From the human T2T-CHM13v2.0 reference genome, Homo sapiens, in the NCBI RefSeq assembly GCF_009914755.1, contig NC_060935.1: a stretch of 64,000 bases of DNA. One strand, given 5' to 3'. A program made the position numbers and the translations under genes. A model generated the notes under the pieces. That model ran no database searches. It saw only the letters and a program-made list of their open reading frames with translations, and had not been told where the DNA came from. Positions 1 to 13,355 of this stretch are shown piece by piece (position 1 is the stretch's first letter; each line of letters begins with the position of its first letter).

Positions 1-39
1 TTGAGTACCTTTACCAATCTCAAAAGTTACAACCCTTTC

Positions 40-330
40 CATGCAGTAAAGGCCATGGAGGGTGTCTAACAAGAGTTAAGCCAACCTTAGTGGAAGTCTG
101 AAAGTCATAGGAAAAAGTTGGATTTGAGATAAAATTTGAACACAGTCAACAAGGTTTGATAATAGATAGACGATAAGATATGATATAAAGAAGAGTTATG
201 AGAATATCTCCAAGTTTTGGGCTTGAACAATTAGGTGAATGCTGCTTATTGAGGGAAGATCAGGTTTGATCAGACTAGGGGTAATGGAGAGTTCAATTTT
301 GGATATATTAAATTTAAATGTCTAGTAAGT
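40..330 (-). mobile_element. L2 LINE fragment (ancient)
   Basis: Degenerate L2-like motifs, e.g. GAGTTCAATTTTGGATATATTAAATTTAAATGTCT. Confidence 0.5.
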
Positions 331-484
331 AGGAACCTCAAAGTGAATTATGATGTTGTGTATCTATTAGTCATTAGCATCATCAGTGAGATTACTGTGA
401 CACGTTAAGACATGTAAATAAACGAGTTCATACAGGTTAGGCAGGGAATGTAGCTACAGACAAGGTCTACTACGCATCCCTAGG

Positions 485-632
485 TCAGTGTTTTTCAGCT
501 ATTGATGTGTACACCAATCAATTGGAGAGCTTGTTAAAATGGAGAGTCTGATTCTGTAGGTCCAGTGGTGAGCCTGAGATTCTGGCATTTCTATCAAGTT
601 TCCTGGTGATACTGGTCCACAAACCATACTTC
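485..632. mobile_element. MER5-family hAT-Charlie MITE
   Basis: GCTTGTTAAAAT..TCTGATTCTGTAGGTCC..GCCTGAGATTCTGGCATTTCTATCAAGTT..GGTGAT..GGTCCACAAACCATACTT. Confidence 0.7.
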
Positions 633-759
633 ATATTCAATTATCTTTGGCATTCAAATATTCATAGGTAGGGCAGAAGAGAAACAGCCAATAAAGCAAA
701 CTGAGATGGAAAGGGAATGAGATTAGAGGAAAACCTTTAAGTGTCGATATAATGAGTTA

Positions 760-2002
<1,243 letters not shown>

Positions 2003-2334
2003 TATTTTCATTTCTGTTGGATCATAATTAGAGAAGGGGGCTATAAAGACTCTACTGCTTTAGTGTTTTAAGCTTTACCCTGTGGCCTATAATGTATACA
2101 AGTTTTGTGGACATAAGAGAAAAAATGTTACATATCTGAGGGATGCATATTTAGGTAGACTGATTGAGTTATTCAGTTATCTGACTTGTTTTTTTCTATA
2201 TGCATTTTCCTAATTCTTAAAGGAATATATTAAAAGCTCCCTTTTTTTCTATCAAGTTCTTCTTGCATTGTAATAGGTTTTGCTTCATATATTTAGCTAC
2301 AATTTTATACCTCTACTTACCTATAACTGTAATG

Positions 2335-2537
2335 CAGAGCTGTCTGGTAGGACTTCCTGTGATGGAAGTATTCTATATCTGTGCTGTCGCATATGGTTAC
2401 CACAATCACATGTGGCTATTGAACACTTGAAATGTGGTTGGTGCAACAAAATTTTAAATTTTATTTTTTTTAAATTTATCTCCATTTAAATTTATATAGC
2501 CATACATGACTAGTGGATATCTTATGAGACAGCATAG
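2335..2537 (+). mobile_element. MER3 hAT-Charlie MITE
   Basis: TTCTATATCTGTGCTGTC..CACATGTGGCTATTGAACACTTGAAATGTGG..AAATTTATATAGCCATACATGACTAGTGG..GACAGCATAG. Confidence 0.85.
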
Positions 2538-2601
2538 TTGTAATATCTTCTGTTTAAGCTTTTATTATTAAAAATTATTTCTGTTTGTCTTGTTCAAAGT
2601 T

Positions 2602-3062
2602 TGTGTTAGTTTCCTTTGATTGCTATGGCACATTACCATGAAATGGGTGGCTAAACACAGCAAAGGTTTCTTTCTCACTCTTCTGGAGGCTAGAAGTCTA
2701 AAATCAAGGCATTGGCAGGACCATGCTTCCGCTGAAGGCTCTAGAGAAACATTTTTCCCTGAGCCTTCCAGCTTCCGGTGGTTGCCCGCCACCATTGCAT
2801 CCCTAGGATTGTAGCTGCATCACTCCCGTTTCTGCCTCTGTGTTCACATGGTCCTCTTCCCTGTGTCTCTGTCCAAATCTCCTGCTCCCTTCTCTTATAA
2901 GAATACCAATCCTTAGATTTAGAGTCCACCTTAATCTAGTATGACCCCACCTTAATTTGATTACATTTGCAAAAACCCTATTTCCAAATAATGCTACTTT
3001 CATAGGTACTGGGATTAGGACTTAAATTCATCTTTTTAAGGGACACGGCACCATCCACTACA
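2602..3062 (-). mobile_element. MLT1C-like ERVL-MaLR solo LTR
   Basis: TGTGTTAGTTTCCT..TCTGGAGGCTAGAAGTCTAAAATCAAGG..CCCTATTTCCAAATAA..GGATTAGGACTT. Confidence 0.85.
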
Positions 3063-3544
3063 GGGTTTTAAAATAAAAAATCCTTCTTCTCCTGAATGTT
3101 ACCAATCCCAATTTCCTTTAGTTTTCATTTGACTGGTATTTGTTAGCTCATTTTTTTATTTTCAGTCACACTTATTTTTAAATTTGGTTTACCATAAATA
3201 TAATACAACCTAAAAAATCTGATGGTCTTTGTCTTTTTCAAAGAACTCAGTATGTTCACATTCAATGTTATTAATGAAATATTCATTTATTCATTCTGTC
3301 TAATTTTCCATATAATATTATTTTACCTTGCTGTTCACTATTCATTTTTTAGATTTCTTGGTTTAATAAAGTTTCTTTTCATTTCATATTGTCTATATTT
3401 TTAAAGAACAGATGTTCTATTTTATTTTTCAATTCATTGTTACCTTCCCTTTTCAAACTTATATTTCTCTATTATTTATTTTAAATGAGTCCAAGTACTT
3501 CTTCCATGAAGAAATATTTTTTATATCCTCATATACGCACACAT

Positions 3545-4000
3545 GTTGGCCATGGGAATGCACCTTGCAGATGTCTAACTACAGGTAGTCGAATTGATGT
3601 AGGGCTCTACTTGTTGTGTTCTGAAATCTATCAATGTGTTTGGCTAAGACAATGCTCATTGTAGATTGCTCCCAGTCAGTGGCTTAACTTAGCAGAGGTG
3701 CTACAGCCTGTTTCTGGAAAACAGGAGACTCCTCTGATGTCTGACTTTGGCTCAAAGTCTCCTCGGAGGACTTGCCACACCTTCCTTGGATTGCATGGCT
3801 GGTTAGATTGCCCCCACCCCAACTCGTTTCCCTTTCTCCCTCACTTAGGAATCACTTGTGCATGAAGGTCTGATGTCTCTCTCCATCTTCCCTGATTTCT
3901 CTTCATTTTCCTTCACAAGTGTTTTTTTTTTTTTTAATAAAATCCTTGCATGTTCAATCTTATCTTGGCATCTCTTTCTTGGAGGACCCTCCCTAACACA
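3545..4000 (+). mobile_element. LTR16-family ERVL solo LTR
   Basis: 3' end AATAAAATCCTTGCATGTTCAATCTTATCTTGGCATCTCTTTCTTGGAGGACCCTCCCTAACACA. Confidence 0.7.
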
Positions 4001-4254
4001 CTACAACAGTACAGTAACCAGAAAATTTTTAAATTATTTCAACTCTCCCCAATCGCCTCTGAGTTTTATTGAAATAGTTTAATACTTGTATTAGTAGACT
4101 GTTACAGATTCTCCCTTGCCGGATAGTCATGAGTTCTGATATGGATTTATATTATACATTCCCAGACAATGTATTAGTATTCCTCGACATTTAACTATTA
4201 ACTGTGCCCCAAACTTACAACTTACTCTCATTTTTATCTTCCTTCACCTATCTT

Positions 4255-4440
<186 letters not shown>

Positions 4441-4543
4441 TGATTTGTTTCAGGCCTCGTAAGAGTCTCTATAAGTTAGGATCCTTGAATGTAAATACTA
4501 AAACATATTCTTAATTAAAACAAACAAAAAATAAGGATATTAA

Positions 4544-4669
4544 CCCATTTATGGCTGAGGTTGCATTTTTTTTGAATTTTTGCAAAGAGACCTTGGCGAT
4601 GACCTTGAGCAGTAGGATATAAATAACTCCCACATGCTTAGCGTTCCCATAATGGAACAATAGGCATAA
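4544..4669 (-). mobile_element. MER85 piggyBac-derived MITE, one TIR truncated
   Basis: TTAA (4540-4543) + CCCATTTATGGCTGAGGTTGCA..GACCTTGGCGATGACCTTGAGCAGTAGGATATAAATAACTCCCACATGCTTAGCGTTCCCATAATGGAACAATAGGCATAA; terminal ATGGG and second TTAA absent. Confidence 0.9.
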
Positions 4670-4672
4670 CTC

Positions 4673-4831
4673 AGCCACTGTGCCTGGCTATTTTCATTTC
4701 TGTTGGATCATAATTAGAGAACGGGCCTATAAAGACTCTACTGCTTTAATGTTTTAAGCTTTACCCTGTGGCCTATAATGTATGCAAGTTTTGTTGACAT
4801 AAGAGAAAAAATGTTACATATCGGAGGGATG
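4673..4831 (+). repeat. 159-bp direct duplicate of 1987-2145
   Basis: Manual alignment: ungapped, 8 mismatches in 159 bp. Confidence 0.95.
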
Positions 4832-5279
4832 TCCAGAAAATCAGACTTGAAGGACACATACCAGATTCCGTGCCTACATGAACCCATGAGACTGCTCCAG
4901 AAAAGCCTCTCATGTTGCCATAGTGGAGCACAAGAACCATAGATCAGGTACCTGTCACAGCCACATCCGAAAACTGGCTACCTCTTCATCTTCCCTGCTG
5001 TGCGAACTCCATGCAACACCTCCTTTTTACAAGTCATTCTCTACAGAACCCAAGTGCTCTAGAACACATGGTTGGTGAAACATAGTTTATTTGCTTTGCC
5101 TGGGCCGCAAAAGATCCTGACAAATCAAATGACATTTTCCAAACAGAAATAATGTTCATAAACCGATGGACAACTACAACATATGGACATCAACACTTCA
5201 GAGTTCTTTCTCGATATTTTTACCACACAGGGAACATTGATGGTAACTAGGGATTTTTGTGCAACCACAATATGTGTGT

Positions 5280-6000
5280 TTGTTTTTTCTTCTTGACAGT
5301 TGAATTATTCATCAGCAGGGCAAAGTATTATTGGGTAGATGTCCCTTTCTCTCAAAATGACATAGATATTATGTTACAGCTTTTAGCTTCCAGATGAGAA
5401 GAATGACATTCACTTGATTGCTTCCACCTTTAGGGATAAGTTATTCTTTGTCCCTAAAAGCTTGCAAGAGTTTTTCTTTATGCCTATAGTTCAGAAATGT
5501 ATGAAGCTCTGATTAGATGGGTCTTTTTCTTTTTTAATCACCAACTCAAATTGCAATGTGAACTCTTTTATTCTAATGAATCAGATTTAATGTTCTTTTA
5601 ACTTAGGGTAATTTTAACAATTTGATAGTAATTCAAGCTTAGAGTAATTTTTATGTATTTCAAAACTGCCTCTTTTCATCTCCCTTTCTGGGACCTCTAC
5701 CCTTTTGGGTGTCCTTGAATTTGCAAGCTTGGTCCGCTGGGTCTCCTAGAGCTCTCCTGTCAGCCTCTTACATTTTCATTCATTATTTGTATGTCTTTAT
5801 ACAATCATTTTGCTTTCTATGTTAAGATATTTCTTTTATTTTATCTTCCAGGCCATGAATGTATTATTAGAAATCATAGTTTTTGCACGGCATATAAACA
5901 TCACTATACCTTTTGTTGATCTGCTTATCTCTCTTTCTTGTTCAGTGTTCTATTTAACTTTCTATTTATTTAACTCTTCTGCTTTGGCAGAAATATCATC
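5280..6000 (-). mobile_element. Old L1M fragment (ORF1-region-like)
   Basis: Diverged antisense L1M motifs (GATGAGAAGAATGACATTCACTTGATT, TTTTCTTTATGCCTATAGTTCAGAAAT). Confidence 0.4.
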
Positions 6001-6415
6001 ATCGCTCATCAGTAGTAAGTCTGGTTATTGTCATGTCTTGAGGTAGTGGTTTCCCAGTGATTGGATGGCTGGTGTTGTGGGAACAGACTATTAAAACTCC
6101 CTTTTTGAGTGGCATAGAAGAAGGCTCCCAAGGAGAAGGCTCCCAAGTTCCCACTCTTTTGGAATCTCATGTATAGGAAAGATGGCTCATCCATGTAACA
6201 TGAGTCTTGAGGGCCAGGGAAGGCCTCGTAAAATTACCCTAAGGTAGTATCAAAGTTAGCTTTTTCAGTGATTGTCTGCTGATGTCTATGACAATAATTT
6301 TCTCAAAATTTCTCACTTTATTATTTTTGTCCTAGGTTTCTCTGATTTTTGCCTCTCATAAGCTAGGAAGCACCCCAGTGGATCATAATAGGGGATTTTC
6401 ATGGATACCGCAGCT

Positions 6416-6792
6416 TCTATGATTTCGCTGAGTCCCCACCCAAATCTCATCTTGAATTGTAGTTCCCCAAATTCCCACATGTTGTGGGAGGAACCAGGTG
6501 GGGATAATTGAATCATGTGAGCACTTTTCCCCATCCTGTTCTAGTGATAGTGAATTCGTTTTCATGAGATCTGATGGTTTTATAAGGGGCTTCCTCCTTC
6601 ACTGGGCATTCATTCTTCTCTCTCCTGCCACCATGTGAAGACAGACATGTTTGTTTCCCCTTCCACAATGATTGTAAGTTTCCTGAAGCCTCTCCAGCCA
6701 TGCTGAATTGTGAGTCAATTAAACATCTTTTCTTTGTAAATTATCCAGTCTTGGGTATGTCTTTATTAGCATCGTGAGAACAGACTAATACA
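6416..6792 (+). mobile_element. THE1C/D solo LTR
   Basis: CCCCACCCAAATCTCATCTTGAATTGTAGTTCCC..GAGATCTGATGGTTTTATAAGGGGC..GAGAACAGACTAATACA. Confidence 0.92.
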
Positions 6793-7519
6793 GTCACTGA
6801 TTTCATAAGCCAATAGTTGATGCTATGTTAAAGCAACATTTCTCAAATGGCCCTAAGAGAATTAGGTTGGAAAAAATAGGGTTGTATGGGACTCTGCTGT
6901 ACAGTACAGGACAGTTAGCCTCACGGGACTTTGGGCATTACGTGTCAATAGCACTCACCACTTGTTGTAAAATGTAAAATGCCTCCTCCATTTTCCAAAT
7001 GCTTTTGGAGGGAGTTGCTGAGTAGCAACTGTGGCTGAGAAACTCCAATTAAAAACAAATAAATAGATAATTTTAAAAATCTTATCATGAGGTGCCAAAT
7101 GGTAAAATAGCTGACCAAGTTGGTATAAACCACCACAGAGAGGAAACACTGCATAAAATATTACCATTAAAAAAATAATAGGGTGTCTCAAAATAAATAG
7201 AAGGGAATCTGCCCCCGATGAAGAAGTAAGCATGCACATCATTGTTATAGCTGCTGCAATTGATACCAGGCAAAAAAGGGCCCCTGGATTTATGATCATA
7301 GTTTGCTAAATTCCTTATAGGCAGAGAAACTGTGGCTTGCATAGTGAAATCAAAAAATTATCCTTGAAACACAGGATGATCAGAGGGTTGCCATGTGCAT
7401 AGCTGTAAAATTTCACACAATTGTCAAGAGAAGTTTTCCAAAAAGATTTTTATTTGCTGAGGTTTCTGAATAAGCAAAATAAAATTATTCAAGAGAGTAA
7501 ACACCATAATTGTTACATA

Positions 7520-7920
7520 TCTGAAGCTGTGGTGGCTCTGCTCCAGGTTATAAGATAGATTTAGGTATTTTCTCCATACATCTCTCATATGAGGACCCAA
7601 GCTGAAAGAGGAATGGTTACTTGAGACATATTCTTCTCATGGCAGAGGGCAGAAGATCAAGAGTTTACATATATTTAAAGTTTTTGCTCAAATGTGCCCT
7701 CATGTCTCAGCATATTTAATTGCCTGTGGCAAATCACATGGTCGAGCCCAATGTATTAGGCTGGTTCAAAAGTAATCATGGTTTTTGCCATCGAAAGTAA
7801 TGGCTATTAAAATAATTTTGCCATTACTTTCAATGGCAAAAATCACAATAGATGAGGCAGGAAATCCATGCTTCTCACAGCTGAGGGTAAGGGGGAGGGA
7901 ATATTTGTTGGTGAGTAATA
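7520..7920 (-). mobile_element. Old MLT1 (J/K-like) LTR fragment interrupted by MADE1
   Basis: GGACCCAAGCTGAAAGAG..TTCTTCTCATGGCAGAGGGCAGAAG..AAATCACATGGTCGAGCCCAA. Confidence 0.55.
7756..7849. mobile_element. MADE1 (Hsmar1 mariner MITE), rearranged
   Basis: TA + TTAGGCTGGTTCAAAAGTAATCATGGTTTTTGCCATCGAAAGTAATGGC ... TTTGCCATTACTTTCAATGGCAAAAATCACAAT. Confidence 0.85.
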
Positions 7921-8002
7921 CATGCTACCATACCCAACAATGCTCACAAACAACTTAAATGCCACAGAAGACAGAGCTTTACAGGCTTCAAGAGATAAAG
8001 CT

Positions 8003-8306
<304 letters not shown>

Positions 8307-8819
8307 CTAGAGCAGCCAGGATTCTCATGTCTTATGATCTGATGATGTGGCTTGACTACTCACCTATAACCCCAGGTTGAACCTTATGCTCCCTGCCCAA
8401 CAAGCTTCTAGAGACAATTGAGTCCTTCTAATCTGCACTTAGGGTAAAGGGGAACTTCTTGTTCTGGAATTTCCCCTAATCCATATGAGTCTGTTCGTAT
8501 TCACCGAGTTTTGATGGAGTGGGATGATAAATGATTTGTGGAAGGTTTACATTCTGACCTCAGCTATGGACTAGAAAATACTGATTTCAAACTCAGAGCT
8601 CAAGAACAACCCTATTATTTTACCATTACCATAGCTCCTCCTGAAACAATGAACACAATTTATTCAATAGGTGGACTAACAGTGAGAAAACCAAGAGAAA
8701 GAAAATATTAAGAGGAAAAATTCATTGACTTAAGAGTTCACAAATAATTTGTGTATATATTTACTATGTATATCTCTTTGTAACAAAGGAGCATCAAACT
8801 TTCTTTCAGCCCAGAAATG

Positions 8820-9271
8820 CACTACTTTCTAACTGCTACTGCAACAAAGTACCACAACCTTAACGAAGGTGGCTTACACAACAGAAATGTGTTCTTTCAC
8901 AGCTCTGGAGGCTGGAAGTCTAAAACCAAGGTGTTGGTAAAGTTGGTTCTTTCTTGAGGCTATGAGAAAAGTCTGCTTTATACCATTTTCTCCCAGATTC
9001 TGCTGGTTTGCTGGCAATCTTTGGTTTTCTGTGACTTATGATGCATTACCCTGAACTCTGCCTCTATCTTCACATGGTCGTCTACCTGTGTGTTTGCTTC
9101 TGTTTCCAAAATTCTCATTTTTTAAAAAACATAGTTGTATTGGATTAGAGCCCACTATAATGATTAACTTGATCACCTGCAAGCCTCTATTTCCAAATCA
9201 TGTCACATTCACAGGCCCTGGGTGTTAGGACCTCAACAACTTTTGTGGGGACAGAAATCAACACATAACAA
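8820..9271 (-). mobile_element. MLT1B/C-like solo LTR
   Basis: CAAAGTACCACAAC..TCTGGAGGCTGGAAGTCTAAAACCAAGGTGTTGG..CTATTTCCAAATCATGTCACATTCACAGG. Confidence 0.85.
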
Positions 9272-9463
9272 TTTTTTTTTCAAAAGGCATTTTACTCAGA
9301 AACTCAGCATATCAAAGAGATAAAATAGAGCAGATCTGGTTAAGTGAAGGTAATGGGGCAAAGCTCAGAGGATCCTGGCTTCGACTCACCTCCTAAAAAA
9401 CTCACTGAAATGTTCCTGAGATACCTGCATCCTCTTCAGAGCATAGTTTTAAAATGACTATTC

Positions 9464-9702
9464 ATACTTTATTCCATTGCAGGGTAACTATAGCTAATAA
9501 CAATATATTGTATATTTCAAAATAGCTGGTAGAATTTTGAATGTTATCACAACAACATGATAAATGTTTAAAGTATGCTAATTACCCTGATTTAATTGTT
9601 ATATAATGTATACATGCATGGAAACATCACACTGTATTCCTTAAATATGTATAATTATTATGTGTGAATTATAAATAAAATACAACTAAAACTTAATCAA
9701 AT
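9464..9702 (+). mobile_element. L1MA 3'-end insertion (5'-truncated) with TSD
   Basis: AGGGTAACTATAGCTAATAACAATATATTGTATATTTCAAAATAGCT..ATGCTAATTACCCTGATTT; exact TSD AAAATGACTATTC at 9451-9463 and 9703-9715. Confidence 0.85.
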
Positions 9703-9719
9703 AAAATGACTATTCCACA

Positions 9720-10000
9720 GCTTCATTTTTAAATACCTATGTAGTATATCCTCATATGGGAAAAACATAATTTATTTAATAATCTGATATTCATAGATAT
9801 TTCCATTTTTAAACCTTTCCCTATTGCAAACAATATTGTGCTTAACACCCATGTAGCTAAGTTTTTGTGTACATATTTCGTAATTCCTTTAGCAATATTT
9901 TCTAAAAATGAAAATGTTTTTAAATACTTACATATTAGCACATTATGCTAAATTGCTTCCCCTCCAAAAACAGTTGTCCCAATTTATTTTCTTTTCAGCT
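9720..10000 (-). mobile_element. L1ME-like 3' fragment
   Basis: Diverged antisense L1M 3'UTR motifs (CTATTGCAAACAATATTGTG, AAATTGCTTCCCTCCAAAA). Confidence 0.5.
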
Positions 10001-10064
10001 TTATATGATATACTTTTAGGTTTCGCTGAACCTCATCACAGAGCATTGAGTTTCAAGGGAGGGT

Positions 10065-10419
10065 TGCTACTATAGACTGAATGTGTCATACCAAAATTAA
10101 CATGCTGAAATTCTAACCTGCAGTATGATGATATTAGAATGTAGGACCTTCTGGATGTTGTGTTATGAGAATGGAGCCCTCAGGAACGGGAATAGTGTCC
10201 TTATGAAAAAGAGGCACCAGAAAGGTAACCCCACTCCTGAGAACACAGGGAGAACACACGGAGAAGATGGTCATCTATGAAGCAGGCTTTCCAGGGACAA
10301 TCAATCTGTCAGCATCTTGACCTTGGACATCCCAGCCTCCAGAACTGTGAGAAATAAATGTTTGTTTTTTCAGTCACGCAGTCTATGATATTTTTGTCAC
10401 ACAGCCTGAATGAACAAAA
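10065..10419 (+). mobile_element. MLT1A-like solo LTR
   Basis: CTATAGACTGAATGTGT..CCAGCCTCCAGAACTGTGAGAAATAAATGTTTG..CAGCCTGAATGAAC. Confidence 0.85.
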
Positions 10420-10606
10420 AGGGTTAGTTTAGCTTAAATGATTTTTAACTGGAAGAAAATTACTGGCTCTGAAAGGAAGCTTAGAATACTCCTTCCCTAA
10501 GTCAGAGCTCATGCTCCCTGAAAGAAAGTAGAAATGAGGCACCGAAGTGAGCAAGATTAGTCAAGGAAACTTCTAACTATAGGGCCTATTTTTTCCACCT
10601 GAGGCA

Positions 10607-11052
10607 TCATATAAATGTCCTAGTGCTGCCATATCAAATTACCACAAACTAGGTGGCCTTAAGAAAAATTAATTGCCTCACAACTCTGGAGGCCAGATGT
10701 CCAAAATCAGGGCATCTACAGACACATGCTCCCTCTGAGGATTGTAGGAAAATATCTTTCCTTGTGCCTTCCTAGCTTTTGCTTGTTGCCAGTAATCCTT
10801 GGCATTTTTTGGCTTGCAGTTGAATCACTGCAATCTCCGCCTTGGTCATCAAGTGACCTATTTCCCTCTGTCATCTGGGTTTTCAAATCTCAGTCTGTTT
10901 ATAAGGACACCATTAATTAGATGTAGGATGACTCATTTTTAGCTTGATTACATCTGCAAATATCCTACTTCCAAATAAGGTCATATTCACAGATACCAGG
11001 GTTAGGACTTCAACATATCTTTCTGGGCAGGGGGCACAAATTATTCCACATC
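10607..11052 (-). mobile_element. MLT1B/C-like solo LTR
   Basis: GCTGCCATATCAAATTACCACAAACTAGGTGGC..TTCCAAATAAGGTCATATTCACAGATACCAGGGTTAGGACTTCAACATATCTTT. Confidence 0.85.
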
Positions 11053-11669
11053 AGACACCAGCTGAATTCTGAGACAAAGGCGGGTGCCTAGGATTTAAGG
11101 TGTTCCAAAGAGAAGTGCGAGGGAACCCCTACGATGAACTTCACCTTCTTCAGTTTCACACAAGACTTAACTTCTTTGTGGTAACTGATGTCTCTCCAAA
11201 TGACATCCTGGATTGGAACCATATTCTGGGAAATGGAGCCACCTGCCACTGCCACTCTGTGCATCATGAAGATAAACACATACCTTTTTGTTTAAATTCA
11301 CCTAATCACAGAGATTAATTGTATCATGGGATATGACAGGACTCTGCAGTTTCCTCTGTGCAATTGCTGGGCTATTTCAGTTGTGTTAAGAGGCTCTGCC
11401 TAGAGAGAAAGGTGGCATGTGCTCATTAAGATAAGTGCCACATTTAATAACAGACTCAGAAACACAGATTTAAGTACATTCTGTGCAGGAGCAAATCATA
11501 TTTCCTGCATCTTTCAATGCAAATATAGATCCTAAATGAGAGTCAAGATAATACTGTTAGAGTAAACCATCCCCAAATTCTTCATTTCATTAATCCTATA
11601 TCTTTCTTTCCTGCATACAAGTTTGGTGTTGCCTACAGTTGATAAAGAGAAGTCAAATAATTCCAGCAT

Positions 11670-11812
11670 TTTTATTTATCAACAAGCATTTATTGAACAA
11701 TAGCTATGTGCCAGTCCTCATTCCAGATGCTTGGGATACAGAAGAGAACGGACACAAACAAACAGAAAACAGCAAACAAAGTTTCCAGCCTATGTGATGC
11801 TTACACTCTACT
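11670..11812 (-). mobile_element. L2 3' end
   Basis: CAACAAGCATTTATTGAACAATAGCTATGTGCCAG..GATGCTTGGGATACAG. Confidence 0.7.
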
Positions 11813-12423
11813 TGTCTTTGCTGAGTAGTCTTTTATTTTTCTGTTTCTGCTATCAATTTTGGATATTGCCCACCAGTGGTTAATTGACTTTTTACCTGCA
11901 ATCAAAATGCATAATGGTTACAATGTTTTATAGTGTGAGAATCATTTAATATCTTTTTGTTTCTGTGTGTGAATCTCAAAAGTTACATGGCTTCTAACAA
12001 AAATAAAATGGCTAATGGAAATAAAAAACACCTTTGTCTTTTTCTACTATTCTCCAAGACACAATGAAATGCTCTCTTTCTCAAGTGTAGCTTTAAAAAC
12101 ATCTCTCCCAACTATTTCAGCAACTCCCTATTTAAAGTATCAACAGTAGTGAAAATATTTATAATGTTGGAGTTTCATTTCTACACATTTTTTACTTTTC
12201 CAGTCAGAAAGAAAGAAAAAGACTGAGACAGACTACTGTGTATCTATTACAGTGTGACATTTGATTTAATATTTTATTTTACCCTATTTTACCATTATTC
12301 TGAACCCCATTTCTCTAGCATCAATTGTAAACTCTGTAAAGTCAAGAAAATATGTCATCAGCTATTTCTGTATCCTCCACTGAAAGAACAGCCTCAAACA
12401 TTCAGTAGATACTCAATAAATAC

Positions 12424-13228
12424 TGAAACAGGAGAGTTCCCCAGCTTGCCTCTCAGGGTGTGTGACAGAGATACGGCTCTCTGTTCAGCTGCAGTGAGCT
12501 CAAACCCCTTATGGGAGGGGGAGCATGCTGACGAGCAGGTGCAGAAGCTGGTGAGTGCTTTGGGCTCTGGCTCCATGGTAGTGCCTAGAGGTGAGTGCCT
12601 GTGACCCCAGTGTTACAAAGCCCTTTTAGCTCTGCCATCCTCAGATGGCTGAAGTGTTAACCAGCTCAATGACTCCTCTGCCTTTCTGCAAGGGCAGTGG
12701 GCCAATGTGATAGCTTTCTGTGTCCTGAGCTCTTGTCCAGTGTCCTAGAAGAATCAGGTCATATATAGACTTGAAGGATGGATGCAGGGGTTTTATTGAG
12801 TGGTGGAGGTGGCTCTCAGTGGGATGGATGAGGAGCTGGAAGGGGGATGGAGTGGGAAGGTGATCTTTCCCTGGAGTTCATCTGTCCAGTGGCCAAACTC
12901 CTCTCCAACCTCCCCCCAGCTGAACTCCTCTTGGTGTTCAGATGTTCCTTCTCTTCTTTCTCTGCCATGCTGTTCTGCTGTTTGTCTTGTTGTCTCCTCA
13001 TCTCCTCATTTCCTCATCTCCTTCTCTGCTCATCTGCCTCTGGATCCTGGGTTTTGAGGTTTATATGGGTACGAACCCCAAATGGGGAGCCAAAAAACAA
13101 CTTTTGGAGCATGAAAACAGGAATGTCTGTCTTCATTTAGGGCCACAGGTATCCAGGCTTGAAGATGGGGCCTTTGCCAAAGAACATCCATCTTCTACCC
13201 AGTATTTCCCTGTCTCCTGTCCATATCA
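12424..13228 (-). mobile_element. LTR1-family (ERV1) solo LTR
   Basis: TG..CA ends; minus strand begins TGATATGGACAGGAGACAGGGAAATACTGGGTAGAAG; 4-bp TSD ATAC; inserted into an L2 tail. Confidence 0.85.
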
Positions 13229-13355
13229 ATACTTTTGGGAAATATTTTCTATTTTTATATTCTTACAATTCTATAATTATAATTATGCATATTTTATCAA
13301 ATGCAATTATGCAGTTTTTGTAATGAACCCAAAACTATGAATTTGAAATATCTAC

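Noticed and set aside
6955-7299. 114-aa hydrophobic ORF as a membrane protein
   Set aside because: No recognisable family. Hydrophobicity is expected from a T-rich strand.
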